64,000 nucleotides of DNA from a bacterium (GTDB taxonomy: Bacteria; Electryoneota; Electryoneia; Electryoneales; Electryoneaceae), in assembly GCA_963669175.1 (NCBI GenBank), contig OY769902.1, positions 1,536,001-1,600,000 on the forward strand, given 5' to 3'. The number at the start of each line of letters is the position of its first letter. The first letter of the stretch is position 1. The position numbers and the translations under genes were made by a program. The notes beneath the pieces were generated by a model. That model was not told the origin of the DNA. It searched no databases and saw only the letters and a list, made by a program, of their open reading frames with translations. Shown here one piece after another: positions 58,001 through 64,000 of the stretch.

Positions 58001-58170
58001 CAGGCAATGACATGTGTGTCTTCAAAGGTGGCGATGTCTGAGGTGAGGAGATAGGAACCGGCAGAAACCGGTAGGCCTTCTTCAGGCTCCCATTGGCAGT
58101 AGTTCTGGGCTAGCAGTGGAGAGCCAACCGATAGACAGGCAAGCAAAAGCAGAGATAGCGCTTTTCGCAT
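55048..58170 (-). CDS. Secreted acidic repeat protein (beta-propeller-like repeats) with T9SS type-A-like CTD, function unknown
   Basis: Signal peptide MRKALSLLLLACLSVGSPLLAQ; recurring W...Q-(K/R/H)-h-x-x-x-G-x-x-x-W-x-x-x-G repeats; PYPNPFNP CTD. Confidence 0.85.
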   Translation of the reverse strand: MRKALSLLLLACLSVGSPLLAQNYCQWEPEEGLPVSAGSYLLTSDIATFEDTHVIAWTESFLHGMDLFCQAYDATGEPLWGEAPVSFELDGNQSHPRLLATETGDWLLAWSELTDMEQDRLYFINGITIQKLNNEGEPQWDENGLVIADTTIPVACPTLFPAPDNGVYVLWHKYGEGEIWGQHVSADGTFLWEDGGIVLASGATTYWPSPERETLIVFPAPDGGMLLVWKEVYHTSEVHTQRITPEGELLWAAGDELEEGLTVSPSVVQGSFAVATNSDGELIFLLRHESLPCPHLTAQKVDLQGNLCWDTDEITYIPEELSNINVFLELNAVQSDNGSILFSYTAGQGLYLQKLVDTEDGPVFSWPDAGMEMDTDYGELISFTSDDNDGAILCFHDFSFHYLYPISQMGILHVHGNGISSPLVSIDLGDRPFCKPFKHCLSDGVFSFISKRWCGPDDTWRYFDRYSVNIDNGTILIQADNLNFAEGFFCGITNTAIVQPCEPRDAVWIAWEDQRDGYTRAYAQQLAIEDGSPLGHPDPIAVFHGPDQPENAYTYELLMHTIADEVGNLYLASYSEDDPAQLNLQKVTPDLETLWGDNGLPLPDFVPVSRQVAGSNYARILPDQSGGMVVAYTDTTDEGEYTVRLKYYTAFGDNNWLQHGESGLRLESNYPFNEIAALEKFANGNILIVVRSAQDPDDCYDLYCHVITADGELVLNQPILLDDSEENQIDIQTVPFENAVQVKWDNRYGPDWTSSIGIRGGLVYADGTLRNNQPQTLIDSHISLDHYAVCTSSTDSMEGYYIVWHEMQNGLSRLRLQRFTWDGTPCFQEENGIPITTGFRSMQDVRINYDGFEGVWVEWVEWSYALRYQVRYTHLDHTGSPIDDTYPYDLGLSLASSQPTEPILNSTVLTNNGCVVCWSTMRNPFVYNHEDLFAQRLDDFIQNDLDEQVGTLPGEWRLDSPYPNPFNPITQVHFSVAHSGMVTLTVYDMLGREVTELANQRFTAGQHVLQWDGSSLASGIYFIRLEADGFRASRKAVLLK

Positions 58171-58226
58171 ATGACACCCCCCGATCAGGTTGGAACAGCA
58201 TATGGATGATCGATCCACTAATAATC

Positions 58227-58268
58227 AGTATAGTAACATTTTCTGGAACTTCTGTGAGAAATGTCACA
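58227..58268 (-). promoter_or_regulatory. CRP/FNR-family box with class II promoter geometry
   Basis: TGTGA-gaaatg-TCACA at 58253-58268; minus-strand TATACT -10 at 58227-58232. Confidence 0.55.
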
Positions 58269-58313
58269 TGTGTAACATATTTGTATAAAACCAGATATCC
58301 TCTTATAAGTATT

Positions 58314-58347
58314 AAAAAAGGGGGCTGACTCAAGCGTTCAGCCCCCC
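58314..58347 (-). terminator. Intrinsic terminator
   Basis: gggggctga/tcagccccc stem with A6 on the left (U-tract on minus strand). Confidence 0.75.
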
Positions 58348-58383
58348 GTACCAATTGGATCAAAGATATATGGGAATGGAACT

Positions 58384-61300
58384 CTATTTCATCAGGATCG
58401 CTTTCTGAGTCGCAGAGAACTCACCTGCCTTCAATTGGACAAAATACATCCCGGACGCCAGTGAACTGCCATTCCAGGTGACCTGGTGCTTTCCGGCTGC
58501 CAAGGGACGATTCACCAATTCCGTGACCTGCCGTCCCAGGATATCGAACACTGTCAGCGTTACATGTTGACTGGACGGAACAGTAAATCGTACACGTGTT
58601 GATGGGTTAAACGGGTTGGGATACACCGGATCAAGTGAATATGCCAGCGGAATCGCCGACTCTCCGAAATCAGTCACACCCGTCAGGTTATCGAAAGCTC
58701 TTTGCGTGTATACGTCGTCATATCCATAGTTTCCGACACTCTGGTTCAACCATGTGGCTACCAGGCCTCCTTCACAGTCGAGGACATAACAGGGATCATG
58801 CACATAAGGTTGGGTGTTCGATGACAGCAGCAGACCATCCGTGTTCTCGTAGAATTCGTTAAACGGTGTGCCTTCTGCGTCGAAGTGCCGATACCTGACT
58901 GAAGCCAACTCGGTAGCGGGGTCATGCCCGGCCCAGGCCGCCCAGAAATCACCCGTTGGCGCTGCCATTAGCTTCATCCAATAGTCGCCGTAAGTAGTTC
59001 CCAGCGCGACAGCATCGTCGAATACGGGTTCACCCTCGGTTGAAAATCCCTGGAGATAGTGATCGTGTCCCAGGCCGTAGGAGAGCCAGAAAAGTGCGTC
59101 TTCGCGCTGCGAAGGAATAATCGAAAGGAATTCCCCCAGGTAATTATCCAGCAGCACACGACCAGAATCAGACTCGGTCCACGCAACAGTTCCATCAGAA
59201 TGGAGTATCTGTCCGGCAATGCAATAGTGGTCAGGGTTAAAACGAAAGTTCCATACTACGGCGATGTCGTCACCAACCGTACAGGCAGTAACAAAATTAG
59301 GATTCATATTCAGGACACTGTGGATCAGGGGTGTTTCCCAGAGGACTTCACCCTCGGGGCTGATTCCGGTTGCCATGACAGCCATGGACTCATCGTTATA
59401 ACCGTATACATTGGCAATACATACAACGGTAGAATCGGGAAACTCCAACAAGTCTGTGATCATGTAATCCAGGTAATCCTGACCGAAATCGACCCACGCC
59501 AAATGTCGTCACTCCAGTACGGATCTCCTTCCGGGGTCAGGCGTTGCAGGAAATGGTGGTTCGTATTTCTGTTGGGAGGCTGTAATTTTGTATACGCGAT
59601 GTACACACCCTGGTCCGGTGAAAGAATCATATGCGGTGAGGACAGGTAGTACGGTTCAAGGTAAGCGTCCACACGAATGGGCTCTTCGCCCAGAAGAAGA
59701 TTCCCCTGCGGATCAATTTTCTGAATTCGAACACCCTCATCCTGGTGATACTGGTTCCAGCAGATATAACAATTGCCATCGTCATCTGACAGCATGGTCA
59801 GTCCGGTACAGACCGGTCCCTGGGCTAACGTGTCTTCAGGGAGAGTAGCTTCCAGGATTGACAGGCTGTCGAAGGCAAATTGTGAATCGCCGGTTTCAAG
59901 ATCCAATCGCTGGATGTAGGGAATCATCGTATTCTGGCTATAACGACCATCAATCCAGCCGATCCAGACAGCGCTATTGACCGGATCTTCTGCCAGAACA
60001 GGTTCACTGCAACTCCCATCAAGGTAGCTGTATAATACGCATGGGTCCGGTTGGATTTCTGATGGGCCCAGCTCCTTATCAACGCAGTAACTGATACAAC
60101 TTGCCTGTAAATCAGGTGAATGAACTTCTCTGAAAATGTTAATATTTGTCATACTGTTTGGCTGGACCTGAATACCGGGCTCGGTGTTGGTAAGGGTGAA
60201 GGGCAATGGCGAACCCGTCACTCCACCCCAGCAATATTCGGGATCAACAGATATATGCTGGCCAATCACAGAGACAATATCGCCTACCCCCGGATTGATA
60301 CTGTCTACGCTGAAGAATAGAAATACTCCTCCCTCGTCATCTGATACTGCTTTCTGGATTGAGGCGAAGTGAATCTCGTAAGCTCTCCTTACAACTCGGA
60401 GACCCAATCCTTCCAGATCTCTGTCAATCCAGTTCGTAACCAAAGCCCCATCTTCCGTGCTGATTCTTTGGGTGCCGATATGGTAGTGCTCGTCCAGATC
60501 CCAGTAATTGGTCACGAGAACCATGGAGCCGGGTGTGGAAACAACAGGGATAAAATCCAGCATGCTGTATTCATCGTTTGACCAACTCGTGAGGGTTGTC
60601 GCATCATCCAGCACCTCAGTGGCGCCTTGCGAATTGATATGCTGCACGGACAAACTGCTGGTAGAATTCATCGGATCAACGTACAACCAGGTCACGAAAA
60701 GACCGCCAGCGCTGTCAACCGCAGAGTGGAACACATCAAAATTCTCGGGAGAATCCAACTGAACCGGGCTGTCAAATCCTTCGCCCCAGTCCAGATCGCC
60801 TTCGGATGTTACATGCTGATACACCACATAATCCAAATCTGTCGTAGCGATATGATCCAGTGAGGTCACGGCCAGCAGACCTCCAGCGCCATCTGTAAAA
60901 ATCTCAGTCTGCCCGCAGTAATTCGGGTCGTTATACTGATAAATATCAAGCCCTTCATCACCCCACAGCAGGTTGCCTTCGATATCCACCTTTTGCGCGG
61001 ACAGGGTGCCGTCGGATTCATTGGTCCAAGCCAGGATCATGCTGTTGTCCGCACAGGGAAGCGGGGGGTAAATGGTTGACCACATCATTTCAGGTTGTAT
61101 CGCAATGCCTTCATCAGCAAAATACCTGGAATCCATATGAAACACCTGGGCACGAGCCTGTGTTTCAGTAGGATCCATAGCGTCTGAATAGCTTCGCCAC
61201 ACAAGCCATCAGTCATCCTGCTCCAATAATGCCAGCATGGGATCGCTCTGGTTCCCAGGCAAGTCCATAACCACCTCTTCCGCACTCATGCCCGTATCAT

Positions 61301-61538
61301 CCACATACTGGATGCAGATATCGTTGCCATCACTATCCGCAACTTCATAGGCAATCACTGTGAAGTCTGAAATGACAGGGTTTGGTTTTGAGATAACCCC
61401 CAGGCGAGGGAATACACCGACACGTAAAGGAATTCCGTCATCCGGCTCCCAGACACGATAGTCCTGGGCAAAAAGTGGGCAGGAAACGATGCCAATAAGC
61501 AGCAACGACACGATCAGGTGATGGTACGATACTTTCAT
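58384..61538 (-). pseudogene. Broken paralogue of the neighbouring secreted repeat proteins (in-frame TGA + 1-nt frameshift)
   Basis: ORFs 61209-61538, 59460-61202 and 58384-59502 join into one signal-peptide-to-CTD protein of about 1051 aa; TGA at 61209-61211; frameshift near 59493-59495. Confidence 0.8.
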
Positions 61539-61663
61539 CGGTATTCCCCTTCTTAAGTCACCATGCCAGTAAACATCTTGTAGTGCGCTATGGAAAAGTC
61601 ACTCGTTCGCGTTCCTGTTGATATTGCTGTTCTCAATGCTGTTCAGTCATAATGAAATTTCCG

Positions 61664-61747
61664 GGAAAAGGGGACGGGATCCTTTTCCAACTGCTTATAA
61701 GGAACACTCTTGTTGAACTTGTGGAAAAGGAAACTGTACCCTTTTCC
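61664..61747. repeat. REP/REPIN-like inverted pair (GGAAAAGGGGAC family)
   Basis: Units at 61664 and 61723, 59-bp spacing. Confidence 0.85.
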
Positions 61748-61769
61748 ATATCGTCAATATTACATCCCT

Positions 61770-64000
61770 TTACTTCAGCAAAACCGCTTTTCGTGTTGAC
61801 GTAAATCCATCCGCTTCCAGCCGCACGAAATACACCCCGGATGCCAATCCGCTGCCATCCCACTGAAGCGAATGTTGTCCGGTTGTATAATGACGATTCG
61901 CCAGCTCCACCACCTCGCGCCCCAACAGGTCATACACCTTTAATGACACTTTCCCCGCGTTCGCTACCGTAAACCGTACCCGAGTGACCGGGTTGAACGG
62001 GTTGGGGTAGACGTTGGATAGCGACCACTCGAGAGGGAGGAGTTCTTCGGATGGAGAAGAGATGGCTGTGTACGTGTCATACAGGCGCTGGGCGTACAGA
62101 TTAGAGATTTCCGATCTGCCGTCCTGCCAGCAGACAACAAGGCCGCCATGCCCATCCGGCACTGCGTCCATAATTGAATAAGCGGTTTGCATGGAGGTTA
62201 AGCGAAGGCCATTGGTATCCTCGTAATACTCATCGAACGGAAGACCACTTGGTGTAAAATGGCAATAGTTTATATGTCGATGATGACGGAGGTTTACAGG
62301 ATTCAGCGGCCAGACACACCAGAAGTCGCCGCCTCGACATGGAACTAGTGAATAGTCGACATATGCATAAGCGTTCTCCGCCAGTACCAATGGGGTGAGG
62401 GGCACTACTTCACCCTCATCGTAAATTCTTTGTGCAAGAATCGTGTTTGTCGGCTGACCGTCTTCATCAACCTCATACCATGTCAACCAGCACAGAAATC
62501 CATCTGCGGTTGGTCCTGTTTCAAATCGAATGCTTCCTTCCGTAATAAAAGGTCTTCCGGTTGCTTCATACTCAGGCCATATTTTTTCAAAGCCTTCTGT
62601 TACAACCTGCATCCAGACAGGATCATTGGTGTAATAAGTGTCATCCCAGGTAACAATAAGTAGATTTCTTTTCGCAAGGCAACGGACACGATCCGCATCA
62701 ACATCAGTATCAGACTTCAGGCAAATGCTTTGAAGGATTTCACCGGCTGGGGAGGCATATGTTGCGTACAATTCGCCAGTATGTAAATGCGTGATCGCGA
62801 CCAGGGAGCCGTTTTGCAATTTCGTAACGGCCTTTAGTTCCCCCGGTTCGCCAAGTTCAATCCCTTGTGGATGATTATTCCAGGCGGGTGTTCCATCACT
62901 TGTGAAACGCTGTAATTTTGGCTGATACTGAGATCCCCCAAGTGAAACACTGTAAGCCAGGAAGAAACCTCCGTCCCAGGATTGTATACCGATAATCTCC
63001 CCGTCAAGATATACTTGTTGGCTTTCATTCATTGCAACGCCATCATTTCCCCATAACAGTTCACCGTACTCGTTGACTTTTTGAAACCAGAGGCCATACC
63101 CCTGGCTTATGATAATAGCATACCCCAAACTATCCAGAATAAGGTCTCGCGATTTACGGCGACCATAATTATGTGGGTTATCGTAGTCAAATATTGGCAT
63201 ACCATTGTCGCAAAGCCTGGCCTGGCCATTTTCATAATTGATTTTCTGTACGAATGACATAGCATGTGGTGGGCGTTTATCAGTCCAGGTAATCCACATG
63301 CGATGATCAACAGCGTCCCAGGCCATGATTGGGAGATAGGCGCTATCTGAGATACAATCAAGCAATGTGTGAGTAGAACCTGCCATTACGCCGTTGTCCT
63401 GGTCAACAGTGAACACACGTAGCTGACCTGTGACAGAGTCAAAGCTGGCACAGTTGAAGAAATGAATTGTTTCAATGCCTGCCAGACAAGCTGTAGGGTT
63501 TGTATATCTGTGGTTCAGTGAATCCGGGAGTAAAGCAGGTTGGTTTTCAGTTGCCCACAACCGTTCACCATCATTGCTGATGTGATCCATGTGGATTTGG
63601 TAAACATATTCTCTGTCAATGATTTCACTGTAACGCCAGTATGCGAAAAAGCCATTCTCCCGGTCAGGAAAAATGGTAATAGACTTCGCACGATATCCGG
63701 CTTCATCCAGAAGTATTCCTTGTTCGATATCCCAATTGCCATCCCTGTAGTCATCCCAATGCAGCACCGGGCTGGTTCCGCTTCCGCTGACCTTCTGGGC
63801 ATATACATTCATCCGCGTATCCGGAAACTGGATCAGGTAAGCCATCAGGAGTTCGCCGGGATTGCCTGGAACCAGGCCACGAGGGATATAAATATCTTCG
63901 CCGATATTGTCATCGCCCAGGATACCGAACTCTTCCGTGATCCTGAGTGAATCAGGATGGTAACAGGTTTCACCATCGCTGTTGATACGTTGTACATCCA
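61770..64000 (-). CDS. Third secreted repeat-protein paralogue with T9SS type-A-like CTD (5' end outside window)
   Basis: Frame is open to the window edge (DVQRINSDGETCY...ELLM); WQDGRSEISNLYAQRL repeat; VYPNPFNP CTD. Confidence 0.85.
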   Translation of the reverse strand, partial: DVQRINSDGETCYHPDSLRITEEFGILGDDNIGEDIYIPRGLVPGNPGELLMAYLIQFPDTRMNVYAQKVSGSGTSPVLHWDDYRDGNWDIEQGILLDEAGYRAKSITIFPDRENGFFAYWRYSEIIDREYVYQIHMDHISNDGERLWATENQPALLPDSLNHRYTNPTACLAGIETIHFFNCASFDSVTGQLRVFTVDQDNGVMAGSTHTLLDCISDSAYLPIMAWDAVDHRMWITWTDKRPPHAMSFVQKINYENGQARLCDNGMPIFDYDNPHNYGRRKSRDLILDSLGYAIIISQGYGLWFQKVNEYGELLWGNDGVAMNESQQVYLDGEIIGIQSWDGGFFLAYSVSLGGSQYQPKLQRFTSDGTPAWNNHPQGIELGEPGELKAVTKLQNGSLVAITHLHTGELYATYASPAGEILQSICLKSDTDVDADRVRCLAKRNLLIVTWDDTYYTNDPVWMQVVTEGFEKIWPEYEATGRPFITEGSIRFETGPTADGFLCWLTWYEVDEDGQPTNTILAQRIYDEGEVVPLTPLVLAENAYAYVDYSLVPCRGGDFWCVWPLNPVNLRHHRHINYCHFTPSGLPFDEYYEDTNGLRLTSMQTAYSIMDAVPDGHGGLVVCWQDGRSEISNLYAQRLYDTYTAISSPSEELLPLEWSLSNVYPNPFNPVTRVRFTVANAGKVSLKVYDLLGREVVELANRHYTTGQHSLQWDGSGLASGVYFVRLEADGFTSTRKAVLLK

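Noticed and set aside
61190-61211. Selenocysteine or genetic-code readthrough of the in-frame TGA
   Set aside because: Aligned residue is Trp, not Cys; the small hairpin after the TGA is closer than a typical bacterial SECIS; TGA is a normal stop in aspS and other genes; a second lesion exists in the same gene

Overview
64 kb of bacterial chromosome (genetic code 11). It is most likely from an FCB-superphylum lineage outside the Bacteroidetes (inference: eight secreted proteins with 'PNPFN' T9SS type-A/FlgD-Ig-like C-terminal domains, together with a flagellar flgB). 1-10.2 kb: operon of a giant TPR protein, a small CglF/GltF-like protein, one ExbB/TolQ, two ExbD/TolR and a GltG/PglI-type TonB-like protein, i.e. 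the gene set and order of the Agl-Glt core envelope motor. 10.2-23.4 kb: housekeeping block (aspS, coiled-coil lipoprotein + LysM protein, phoH-pgpH-ybeY-CNNM/CorC-TIGR03960/TIGR03936-RNase E/G, DtxR/MntR regulator). 23.5-26.5 kb: orphan sigma54-type flgB, a small HTH protein with a basic tail, an AT-rich gap and an HD-GYP protein. 26.7-64 kb: accessory region of secreted proteins, namely a C25 peptidase lacking the canonical His, two S8 peptidases with altered motifs, an arylsulfotransferase / FGE-domain / CotH-dockerin / cohesin-lipoprotein cluster, and three tandem repeat-rich paralogues (one broken). A TPR protein, MocR regulator, radical SAM protein, ATPase-less sensor and alpha/beta hydrolase are interspersed. 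Intergenic gaps in this half carry several REP/MITE-like families, a 403-bp-period duplication and short tandem repeats. No rRNA, intact tRNA, CRISPR array, transposase or reverse transcriptase was seen. All family calls come from motif recognition by eye, not database searches.
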